Assembly: GCF_006345805.1 (NCBI RefSeq) | Contig: NW_021823975.1 | Span: 1-20,485, forward strand | Length of the DNA: 20,485 bases | Source of the DNA: Octopus sinensis | Taxonomy: Eukaryota | Direction: 5' to 3' | Shown: one piece after another, positions 9,945-20,336 of the stretch | How the letters are laid out: each line of letters begins with the position of its first letter | How positions within the stretch are numbered: the first letter of the stretch is position 1 | Translations under genes and position numbers: made by a program | Notes under the pieces: model-generated | Told to the model about the DNA's origin: nothing | Seen by the model: only the letters and a program-made list of their open reading frames with translations | Database searches by the model: none

Positions 9945-10396
9945 GAGGTTGAGCAGGGACTCCGCCTGTGCTTGTTTTCAATGTGTCATTACTGAGAGCA
10001 TGAGGCCTTCGGGCCATTTGACATTGGCGAAGTTGAAATCACGCATAAGAAATATGCTCACGTGGTGTTCCAGTTGCATGAGGATTTCATTAATTCTTGT
10101 GAGGCAATCTTCACACTTGCCTGTGTGGTTTGGAGCCTCAGGTGGGCAATATGTATTGCATATGACTATTGTGTTGCTTTATGCATACAATTAGAGTGGC
10201 ACATACTGAATTTGAGTATGACAGTAAGACCTTGGGTTTGAGGTCATTACGGATGTATACAGCAACTCTATGGTTCCTTTCCCTTCTGTCTGTTCGCAAT
10301 ATAATATATTTTGGTACGTGTACTTCTGCATCCTCTATTTCAGGGCTGAGGTGAATTTCCACGAGTGCTATGCTTAGGGCTTGATTGCATGCAGCA

Positions 10397-10400
<4 letters not shown>
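9945..10400 (-). mobile_element. Decayed CR1-like ORF2 AP-endonuclease fragment
   Basis: Minus-strand translations EIHLSPEIEDAEVHVPKYIILRTDR..VAVYIR, IYCPP and FLMRDFNFANVKWP (ETHL, DR..GGV, YRPP and GDFN motifs of APE domains). Confidence 0.75.
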
Positions 10401-10479
<79 letters not shown>

Positions 10480-10495
10480 TACATATATATATACA
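10400..10495. repeat. (CT)n/(TA)n microsatellite
   Basis: Directly visible. Confidence 0.95.
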
Positions 10496-10632
10496 CTTTT
10501 AAATCGAATTTATAACTATGTATTCCGTGTAAAACAAAGTTGATTGCCGAATTTGAGATATTTTTAAATTCCTATCATTTGTCTTGGGTTCGACCCGAAT
10601 ACTTCTTAAGCAGTTCTATATATTTTGTAAGA

Positions 10633-10710
<78 letters not shown>
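10633..10710. repeat. (AAT)26 microsatellite
   Basis: Directly visible; produces the poly-N run in ORF 10540..11247. Confidence 0.98.
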
Positions 10711-10712
<2 letters not shown>

Positions 10713-11445
10713 GGACCACCTAATCTCTGGATGTAAAGTCTTAGCACCAGTGGAGTATAAATTAAGACATGACAGAGTTGGCCAATATCTCCACTGGCTA
10801 ATAAGTCGGCATTACAATATCAAAACTGCCGACAAGTGGTATAATCACCACCCTGAGGCTGTAACTGAAGGAGAAAATGTAACCATTCTGTGGGACTTTC
10901 CAGTACATACAGACCGAACCATCAAGGCCAATAAACCAGATATTGTTGTGAAAGACCAAAACAATAAAGTTTGCTTATTGATCGACATGAGCATCCCCTG
11001 TGATCATAATATCTCAGCGAAAGAGTTTGACAAGCTCAGAAAATATAAAGACCTACTCATTGAAATTGAGAAAATGTGGCATCTCAAGGCGGTTACAATA
11101 CCAGTGATCGTAGGAGCACTAGGAATGATCAAGAAGGGAACCGAAAATTATATGAGAATGATCCCTGGCTTACCATCCCTGCAAGAAGTGCAAAAGATTG
11201 TCTTAACTGGTACATCACACGTATTGAGAAGAGCATTGTCGATGTGAGAACTGTTGCTGCTCATGTATTTTAATTTAACTTAAAAAAAAAATTTTTTTTA
11301 ATAAAAATGAATGAACTACTGAGTTTGGTTTAATGGCCTACCAATATACACTATGAGTTTCTTTGCCCTAGGAGTCGGGAAGACACTCGGCAAGAAATGG
11401 AAGAAAATTTGAAAGAAGAAAAAAAAAAGTAATAATAATAATAAT
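10711..11445 (+). mobile_element. 5'-truncated R4/Dong-like element: intact zinc-knuckle 3' half and RLE endonuclease frame, 3' UTR and (AAT)5 tail
   Basis: DHLISGC..RHD (3' half of CCHC knuckle), KPD..IDMSIP..KEFDKLRKY (PD-(D/E)xK RLE), IVGALG..LRRALSM*, stop at 11247. (AAT)n lies on both sides. Confidence 0.92.
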
Positions 11446-11596
11446 GTATATATGTATGTATATATATATATATATGTATGTATATATGTATGTATATATA
11501 TATATATATGTATGTATATATATATATATATATATATGTAATGTATATATATATATGTATGTATATATATATATGTATATATATGTATGTATGTAT

Positions 11597-11636
<40 letters not shown>

Positions 11637-11638
11637 AT

Positions 11639-11672
<34 letters not shown>

Positions 11673-11673
11673 G

Positions 11674-11734
<61 letters not shown>

Positions 11735-11817
11735 GTATGTATGTATATATATATGTATGAATATATATGTATATATATATATATATATAGTATATATATT
11801 ATATGTATATATATATG

Positions 11818-11864
<47 letters not shown>

Positions 11865-11968
11865 GTATATATATATATGTATGTATATATAATATATGTA
11901 TGTATATATATATATGTATGTATATATATATGTATGTATATATATATGTATGTATATATGTATGTATG

Positions 11969-12056
<88 letters not shown>

Positions 12057-12424
12057 AATGTATGTATATATATATGTATGTATATATATATGTATGTATA
12101 TATATATGTATGTATATATGTATATATATATATGTATGTATATATATAAATGTATGTATATATATATATGTATATATATATATATGTATGTATATATATA
12201 TATGTATATATATATATGTATATATATATATGTATATATATATATGTATGTATATATATATGTATATATATATGTATGTATATATATATGTATATATATA
12301 TATGTATATATATATATATGTATGTATATATATATGTATGTATATATGTGTATGTATGTATATGTATGTATATATATATATGTATGTATATGTATGTATA
12401 TATATATATGTATATATATGTATG

Positions 12425-12455
<31 letters not shown>

Positions 12456-12466
12456 GTGTATGTATG

Positions 12467-12497
<31 letters not shown>

Positions 12498-12554
12498 GTG
12501 TATGTATGTATATATACATATATATATGTATATATGTATATATATATATGTATG

Positions 12555-12587
<33 letters not shown>

Positions 12588-12627
12588 GTATGTATATATA
12601 CATATATGTATATATATGTATATATAT
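11446..12627. repeat. About 1.18-kb (TA)n/(TATG)n cryptic microsatellite
   Basis: Directly visible; the source of six long spurious Y/I/H/T/M/C/V ORFs. Confidence 0.99.
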
Positions 12628-13518
12628 GCTGTACTCCAGTCAGGTTTGCATTGTTGATGCCTATGTTATCTTCTGAGAATATAGATGCTTTTGTCACAAG
12701 AACTAATGCCCTAGTGTAGCGAGGAAGCGTTCATAAGTGAATAGTATTTGTGCAAGACACCTGCAATCATGGGTGAATTGAGAAATATAAGAAGTTAGTT
12801 CTTGTTTAGATTGCACAATCCTTGCAAAAGTTCTACAAATTTCATGTAAAATATTGTATCAAAATATGTCCGTTTTTCAATTGGGAAAATGTACAGCTAA
12901 AATATACACGCTTAAATAAACTTACATTAAATGATATTTATACGTTCATCATAATTTTTAAAAAAACTTTCTATAACTTATAAAACTATTTAATGTCTTT
13001 ACCGTTTTTCTTCTTTGAATTTTAGTCTCTTGGGAGTCTTTTGATGATTTCAGGATGTGAACTTTATAATTCATGTATACATATATAAATTGTGTTTCAT
13101 ATTGCATCTGAGGATACTATTTTCCTAAAGATTTTATTTAATTAGGCCTAAATTAGTAAGATATTAAAAGGATCTGCATTGATATCATAAACACTGGACT
13201 TCATAAAAATAAAATAGTTGTAAATACGATTTCAGATCTTTATTTGAATTCCATTATGCTAACCATATTGACATCTCTAAAACTAAATTGAAAATAAAAC
13301 TGTTTATCTTTTTCTGTCAATGGATTTTTCTGTGTCTATATCCGTGTGTAGTTGTTAGACTTTTAGATGTGGTTATTCTTTGTCTCTTGCTTACTACTGT
13401 TACTTATATACCTCCTCCTTCAAACATATATTTTACTAAAAACTTGTTTTCTATACCTAGAAATACTAACCCAAACGTTTCTTTCAACAATTAACATTGT
13501 TTTTCCTCTTTTCTCTAG

Positions 13519-13577
13519 CCTCAAAAACCAGAAACACTAATCCAAACGTCTTTGACAACGACATTATTTTCGGATAT
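13519..13577 (+). CDS. Predicted 59-nt coding exon X of the same host gene (PQKPETLIQTSLTTTLFSD+at; phase 0 in, phase 2 out)
   Basis: TACTAAC at 13464-13470, strong polypyrimidine tract ttgtttttcctcttttctctAG, GTAAGT donor at 13578. The frame is open and its phases match exon A upstream and exon B downstream. Confidence 0.65.
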
Positions 13578-14869
13578 GTAAGTAGACAGACATTTCCAGA
13601 TAACTTTTCTTCAACATATTGAAAGACCCACTAAACACCTACATCTCTCGATAACTGATTCTTAAAGAAATTAAAATATTGATTTTTATCCTGAGGTATT
13701 TGGACAATTTCAGCAATAATGAAATATTCAGTAAACTGCATCAAAACCAAAATATCACTGGTATTTATATAAAATAAAAGTGATGGAGTGAAGTAGGTTC
13801 AATGTTGAAGGGATGAACGCCTATAGAGGAGGGTTAAAAAGCAATATCTGGCAAGCATTTAATACAGCACCTTAAGTTCAGCAAAAATGACAAGCATAAG
13901 ACAATTAGGGTTTTGATAATTTTGATCAATTTAAATTATTACAAATTAAAAATACTATAACCATCTTGTTATTATATGCACACGTACATCCACACATTAA
14001 CTATATATTAAAGCTTCATCCAAATGAAATTTTGTATTACTTTCTTTCTCTGAAGAATTTCTAATAGGAGAATTCTTACATATTCCTGTTCCCTGTTTAT
14101 CTTGGCGACTCGTATTAGGAAATTAAATATATGTAAATAGTAATAAATTATACAAAATATTTTTCCTGTGTACTGTGTGCCCCACGTTATCTCTCCAAGC
14201 GTTGTGTTTTCCACATGTACCGTTAATATCTTATGCCTAATATTATCAATAAAGTCGAAGTGAAAACCAAATATATAGTAGGAGTGGTTAACTGGAAAAT
14301 ATATGACCAAATGTAACAAGAGTTGTTTCATCAATGTCCAATGTGAAATTTGGCATAATTTCTACAGTTGGCTTCCTTTCCTAATCCTAACCACTTTACA
14401 GAGTGTACTGGGGACCTTTTTGCATGCCACCATCAATACTGAAGCTTCCATGCAGCTGCTAAGAATATGGGTAGGTTTTAAGTTGGGGAATGAAGAGATA
14501 CAGTAAGGAAAAAGTGGGTTGCAGAGAAGGTTCTTCTTTTCGTGTTTTAGCTGTTTATCTTTAGAGGTTTGGGCGAGAATAATGAAGAGCTGAAAAGGTA
14601 TAGATTGTAATGCTCAGGTGTCTAGGTGGCGCTTCAACGTGAATAGAAGTGGGTAGGAACAAGGAAATAGGTGTGTGGATTGGTGGGGTTGTAAAAAGGA
14701 TTTGGTTAGCAAAAGATGGAGAAATGGGAAACGGAAAGGGAGGCAAGGACCAACTGTAAATATTGGATAAAGATGGGGTTGAACAAATGAGCCAAGACCA
14801 AAGAGAAGTGCACTTTCAAAATAAGAAAGAGATCAACAGAATCGGGAACACATGAGTCAAACGCAAAGA

Positions 14870-14924
14870 CAGCTGCACTTCGTGAGGGGATTTGGTAGAC
14901 GGAAACTGAAAGAAACCCGTTATG

Positions 14925-14985
<61 letters not shown>

Positions 14986-15198
14986 ATTTGTGTCTGTATT
15001 TGTGCCCCTCACTACCATCGCTTGACAACCGATGCTGGTATATTTGCGTCCCCGTAACCTAGCTGTTCGGCAGAAGAGTTTGCTAGAATAAGCACCAGGC
15101 TTACAAGAAATAAGTCCAGAAGTCGATTTCTTCGACTAAAGTGCGATATTCCAGCATCGTCACAGTCAAATAACTGAAACAAGTAAAAGAGTAAAAGA
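14870..15198 (+). mobile_element. Octopus-type SINE, 3' portion with internal (TA)/(TG) microsatellite
   Basis: ggatttggtagacggaaactgaaaga..(TA/TG)n..gcttgacaaccgatgctgg..ttcggcagaagag..agaataag..ccagcat..cagtcaaataactgaaacaagtaaaagagtaaaaga; recognised from memory as an abundant octopus SINE. Confidence 0.75.
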
Positions 15199-15350
15199 AT
15201 AGCAGAAGTAGGTTCCGTTCCACTAAACCAAGAAGGTTCTTTGAATATGTGCGATGTATTTTATGGCTAACTAGTAATACTGCTTACGTATGCGTAACTG
15301 AGATATTTGGGTTGGATTATATAGTTATTGCTTTTTTTTCAATTTATTCT

Positions 15351-15580
15351 AAGGCGGTTAGCTGACAGATTCGTTAACAGACTGGACAAAATGCTTAGCG
15401 GTACTTCCCCCCGTCACTACGTTCTGAGTTCAAATTCTGCCATGGTCGACTTTGTCGTTCATCCTTTCGGGGTCGATGCAATAAGTACCAGTTCCGTACA
15501 TGCGTTGATGTAATCGTGTTATCGCGTCTCCCCAAATTTCAAGCCCTGTGCCCAGGGTAGCAAGGGTTATATAATTACTG
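15351..15580 (+). mobile_element. tRNA-derived SINE (octopus-type, CORE-like central domain)
   Basis: aaggcggttagctgacaga head with an A-box-like sequence, B box gagttcaaattc at 15426-15437, and central ttcatcctttcggggtcgat..aataagtacc. Confidence 0.8.
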
Positions 15581-15744
15581 ATTTTACACCACTTTCTATA
15601 TTCTGTAATTGTCACAATACAGAAACATTTCTCATAGCACACGCACACAATTTACAGATGCTTACATTTTTATTTTCCGTGACATTTTAACGAGTCCAGT
15701 TATTTATTATTATTATTATTATTATTATTGATTGATTGATTGAT

Positions 15745-16210
15745 TGATTGAAAGAACCGCGCATGCAATCAAAATGACAGTGGAATGAAATATATGAAGC
15801 CTAGTATAACCATCATGACTACCCTTCTGATAAGGGTACACCTAGCACATGCAACACAGCCACCCAGTTTAAGTAGATCACTCCGCTCAAGAGGTTCCTG
15901 AATAAGGCTTGTTTTAAGGATGATGAACGAAGCATCCATATCTCCAGACGTGAATTATTCAAAACCCGCAAAGAATTCCTCTCAACACATGGCTATGATA
16001 CTCCCTCACTACTTCTGCACAAATCGACAGCCACTAAAGGACATGCTCAACTGATTAAAGTCAAACATCTGACAAGTAAATCTGTGATATTAAGCAGAAT
16101 ATTTGCTGTAGCACATCTTTTATACCAAAACAAATCAATGTAAATGATAGCATTTCCAATCAGTTAAGATCAGAAGACATGAGAGCCAGTGTCTGGTAAT
16201 GCATCAGGGA

Positions 16211-16212
<2 letters not shown>
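15745..16212. mobile_element. Copy 1 (internally deleted) of an unclassified repeat of about 545 bp flanked by (ATT)n
   Basis: Collinear similarity to 16631-17175 (catcatgact, aggttcctgaataagg, aagaattcctctcaacacat, aaatctgtgatatt, catcttttatacc, gcatcaggg). Confidence 0.8.
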
Positions 16213-16272
<60 letters not shown>

Positions 16273-16274
<2 letters not shown>

Positions 16275-16415
16275 TACTTGTAATCTGCATGTTTGTTACA
16301 ATCACTAGCTGAGCCACACCTAGCGTCATAGGGCGAGTGAAGGATAAGAGATGTAACAGTATAACTGAAAGCTGGTGGATGCGAAAAATACTAAATAGAA
16401 ACTTCAATCGATAAG
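16273..16415 (-). mobile_element. Probable extremely 5'-truncated R4/Dong-like copy (last codons plus 3' UTR) ending in (AAT)n
   Basis: The minus strand reads RTLSIEVSI* (compare LRRALSM* at 11247), then a 3' UTR with cccta..ctagg..ctcag, then aataataat. Confidence 0.5.
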
Positions 16416-16482
16416 GTTCTTCTTCTTCTTCTTCTTCTTCTTCTTCTCTTCTTCTTCTTCTTCTTCTTCTTCTCATTATTAA

Positions 16483-16526
<44 letters not shown>

Positions 16527-16572
16527 ATTATTATTGTTGTTGTTGTTGTTGTTGTTGATGATGTTGTTATTA

Positions 16573-16630
<58 letters not shown>
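16416..16630. repeat. Compound (TTC)n(ATT)n(GTT)n(ATT)n trinucleotide array
   Basis: Directly visible; the source of the poly-R/E/N/K/T ORFs. Confidence 0.97.
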
Positions 16631-16631
<1 letters not shown>

Positions 16632-17175
16632 GAGTGAGAGAGCAGTGCATGCTTTCATAGTGAAACCGGGGCAAAATATAGGAAGCTCAGTATACCCATC
16701 ATGACTAACCTTCTAATGAGGTTACACCAAGCACATACATTACACACATATGTGCGCAGCATGGTGACGTCATATCAAGATAAATACCACATAACCATGC
16801 GGGTGGAATTTTCTTCAGGTCGAGTAGCCCACCTCGCTCAAAAGGTTCCTGAATAAGGTGGGGCCCAGTTAGATGAACGAAGTACCCGTGTCTCTAGAGG
16901 TGAATTAATTAAACCCCAAAGAATTCCTCTCAACACATAACTATGATGGTCCCCACTACTGCTACCCGTGATCAGAGATGCAAATATTGTCAGCCATTAA
17001 GAGACATGCTCAATTGGTTATGGTCAAACAACTGACAAGCAAATCTGTGATATTGAGCAGAAAATTTGCTGTTGCCCATCTTTTATACCAAAACCAAATC
17101 AATGTATATGATAACACTTCCAATCAGACAAGATGAGAAGCCACGAGGGACAGTTTCTGGTACGGCATCAGGGCA
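16631..17175. mobile_element. Copy 2 (apparently full length, about 545 bp) of the unclassified (ATT)n-flanked repeat
   Basis: Runs from tgagtgagagagcagtgcatg to ggcatcagggca with (ATT)n on both sides; no coding signature seen. Confidence 0.8.
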
Positions 17176-17192
17176 TTTATTATTATTATAAT

Positions 17193-17435
17193 TGAGTGAG
17201 AGGGCAGTGCACGCCATCAAAGTGACACTGGGGTAAAACATACGATGCCCAGTATACCAATCGTGACTAAGCGCTTGATAAGAGTACACCAGGCACATGC
17301 ATCACAAGCATAAGTGCGCGACATGGTGACGTCATATCAAAATAAACAGCGCATGGCCTTGCAGGTGGGGCCCAGTTAGAATTTTCTTCGGGTCGAGCAG
17401 CGCATCCCACTCCAATGGTCCCGGAATATGGGTCC
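17193..17435. mobile_element. Copy 3 (truncated) of the same repeat, abutting the Gypsy relic
   Basis: tgagtgagagggcagtgcacgccatcaaagtgacactgg.. matches the start of copy 2; similarity stops at tttaaggatg. Confidence 0.8.
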
Positions 17436-20130
17436 TTTAAGGATGTATTTTTGCAGCTAGGGCACAGCCTCTGCATGATTTTACTAGTTCTTCAATGTCA
17501 CGGTCCATTGTTGACCAATATGCGTAACTTTTCATTAATGATTTCATTCCCGAAATCCCTGGGTAACTAATGTGAAATTACTTTAGTAATCGCTTCTGCA
17601 GTGCGGCTCTTTGTGCATACATGAACACATTGTCGTCTTCCGCTTTTACTTTTTATGTCTTGCAATGTAACTGGCAATTCACGTATGACGTTACACAAAA
17701 CAAATCAGATGTTAATGTTTTTTTCTTAATTTCATCGAACACCTGACCATTTCAGATCAATTCCAATTTATATCTTATTTTAGTAGATTGTTTAGTGGAA
17801 TTCTTACCTTGTGCATATTTGGTATATAATTTTGATAATAATTTTCAACTTCCAAAAAAGCTTGTAAGATCGATATGTTTAATGGATGGCGCATATTTTT
17901 AACTGCATCTGCCCTCAATACATCTAGTCGACGTCCATTTGTCGATGATTTGCTCTAGAGATTTTATTTTCGGTAAGAATTCACACTTCTCCTCACTCAA
18001 ATTGAAGCTGTAATCCTTTATTCTTTCGAACACATATTTCACTTGCCCTACATGCTGGTCCTGGGATTCGCTTTTAATGAGTATGTCATCCATGTAGGCT
18101 ATTGCGAAATCCGCAACTGCGAGCATAGTGTCCATGACTCGTTGGAAAATACCTGGTGCTGCCTTTACACCAAAATGAAGTCTGTTAAATTTATATACTC
18201 CTCTCTGTGCATTTATTGTTAATCATTTTTAACATTCCTCCTCAAGTTGTACCTGTAGGTGTGCTTCAGATACGTTCAACTTTGAAAAAAAATTCCGCCA
18301 TTTAACTTGGCGAATATTTTTTCCGGACTTGATAGTGGGTAATTATGTGTCATCAAATACTCGTTTAAACCTGTTAGAAAAATCAGCACATACCTGGATT
18401 TTATTGCTTTTCCTTGACGTAAACTGTTGGTGATGCCCATTCAGCATAAACAATTTTTTCCGTAACCCCAAGCTTTTTACGTCTATCAAATTCTTCATTT
18501 ATTTGTTTCAACGCTGCGAAAGGCGGAGTTCGTTTTGGTTTAGATACCGTTATAGCATTTCCTTGTAGTTGAAACTTCGCGTTTGTTTTTGGTGCACAAA
18601 TCTAATTCATCAGAAAAAAACTTCAGGAAAAATCTTTTAAATTTTATTTTTCATCCGTCCGACGCCTTATTTGTACTGGCAGAAAAGCAATTCATATTTT
18701 TACAGAAACAATTTATGGAGAGATCCCATAAGTTAAATAATTCCATCCAGTCTGTTCGGAATAAATTTTCCGTATTATTCAACACAAAAACTTTGGCTTT
18801 TAAAGTTTTTTCACGAAATGTAATCTCGCCCTTAAAATGTAATTTTTTTCCTGAAGCATCATGGTGCAATTTTCGACTTTCTTTTAAACTTAGACCCCCG
18901 ATTTTTTTTCCATGTATCTGCGTTAATTATAGAGATATCACTTTCCATATCTGATTGTAGTTTGGTATCAACATCATTCATTTTTATGAATACAAATTTT
19001 CTTATTTGATTACTATTGACAATACAGATTTCCCAGAATTTTTTTCTTTCGAGCTTTTTTTTTCTGTTACTCTCTATAGTGTGAGCTTTTTATGCCCATT
19101 TTTACTACTCTTAAAACGTTTTTTTTTTAAACGGACAGTTATTTTTAAAATGCAGACCACCCCACTCATAACATGGATTCAGTCTTCACATATTTTTCTT
19201 TTTTACTACTCGTTACAGGTCGACACACATGATTATGAGAGCAATCTTTTTCTTCAATTTTACCTGTGTTATATCTTAAATTCATAACCCTTTGGCATGC
19301 TTCTGCCACTACCTGGAGAATTAATTTTTGGTCCTGTTCTACTTTCGTTAATATCTGGGAACGTATATCTGCATCTTTGCTTGCAGTTAGTCTTTGAACA
19401 AAAATTAGACATTTGAACATGTCCAAAGTTAATTCCTTTAATTTGAATTTTTCACAATCTGTTAACAATCCCAGGGAGTATTGAACAGGGAACTTGTTTC
19501 ACTGATAAGTTTCGATAAATAATTGTTTCATCGAAACAAATCTCACTTGGTTTCTTGGGCATAATATAGTTACTATAATTTTCATGTTTGGCAGGCAATA
19601 ACTTTCTTAAAAGTAGTCGTACTTTTTTCTCGTCAGAACAACTTTTACATTCTTCTTTGAAACTTTCTACGTATCTTCAAAAACATGCAGAGAACGTAGT
19701 TCCTTTTTTCTTGATTAAAACTGAACTCTCCAATGGCGTTTGCTACACTGTCTGGCGAGTATAAACCTGAAGTATTTTCAGACTGCTTCCATATTAACTC
19801 CAGCAAATGCTGGTTTTGTTGTTGTTGTTATAATCGCTATTGCAGCTGTTGTTGCTGGTGCAACTACACCACCCAGGTCAATAAGTCCTCCATGTTAACG
19901 ATTTTTTTCTCTGGTTCCATACCGAAACATTTTAACCCAAGCTTCGAATATCTCGTCACCACTTTTAAATCCTGGTGCTGGATAAAACAATTTAACGAAT
20001 TTGGGTAGAGGGGAGAAAGTATTTACGCGATACACTACTGTTACTGCTGCATGAGGCTAATTCCCCTCTATAAACTGCTCACAGTCAATTGCTGCTGTCA
20101 ACTCGACAGTTGTTGATTTTAAAGAAATGT
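17436..20130 (-). mobile_element. Decayed Ty3/Gypsy LTR retrotransposon (K02A2.6-like gag-PR-RT-IN) with large deletions
   Basis: Minus strand: gag FKCLIFVQRLTASKDADIRSQILTK; eroded protease KLQSDMESDISIIN (DTG site at about 18943-18951); RT FGVKAAPGIFQRVMD..AYMDDILI (YMDD at 18085-18096); integrase zinc-binding HISYPG..YWSTMDRDIEELVKSCRGC (17462-17574). The LTR boundary near 20130 is uncertain, and no 3' LTR was seen. Confidence 0.88.
19952..19961 (-). promoter_or_regulatory. Putative primer-binding site of the Gypsy element (TGGTGACGAG)
   Basis: TGG-starting motif about 60 nt upstream of the gag ATG (19893); resembles the TGGCGACGAG PBS I recall for this lineage. Confidence 0.55.
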
Positions 20131-20290
20131 GTCAGTGCACTTTTAGTCACTTGAGGTGGTCAGAATCCTTCCATATCACTTATATTCCCCATTCTCAGTT
20201 AAAAGATAAAGAGTGAATCATTCGATTCTAGACTCATCATGACAAATTCACTTTACTAATCTGGAATTTTCTCATTTATTCAATTTGCAG

Positions 20291-20336
20291 ATTCTCAAAC
20301 AAACCTACCGTAGAAGGTTTTACCAACAAAAGTAAA
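20291..20336 (+). CDS. Predicted 46-nt coding micro-exon B, paralog of exon A (x-FSNKPTVEGFTNKSK; phase 2 in, phase 0 out)
   Basis: TACTAAT branch point 20254-20260, tttgcAG acceptor (20289-20290), GTAAGT donor at 20337. Only the frame equivalent to exon A is open. Length differs from A by exactly one codon. Confidence 0.7.

Noticed and set aside
10586-10597. B-box-like gggttcgacccg
   Set aside because: Isolated, with no A box or cloverleaf; not a tRNA or a recognisable SINE.
11351-12719. Six long ORFs of 189-448 aa
   Set aside because: Translations of (TA)n/(TATG)n that happen to lack stops. The same applies to the ORFs over 32-313, 2293-2678, 4473-4720, 6628-6915, 14816-15028 and 16270-16576.
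13000-13060. Polypyrimidine tract plus TAG at 13025
   Set aside because: No strong donor nearby, and the length does not fit the exon phase chain.
13519-13577. PQKPETL..T.LTTT resembling the first strands of a fibronectin type III domain
   Set aside because: The conserved Trp and Tyr of FN3 are absent from the spliced peptide, so the resemblance is too weak to name a product.
14402-14470. Candidate 69-nt exon (ctaaccactttacAG...GTAGGT)
   Set aside because: It contains a stop (TAA) in the phase required after exon X. It could only fit in phase 0 and has no other support.
17193-17435. Repeat copy 3 as the 3' LTR of the adjacent Gypsy
   Set aside because: It shows no similarity to the sequence 5' of the PBS (19965-20130), which should be the matching LTR.
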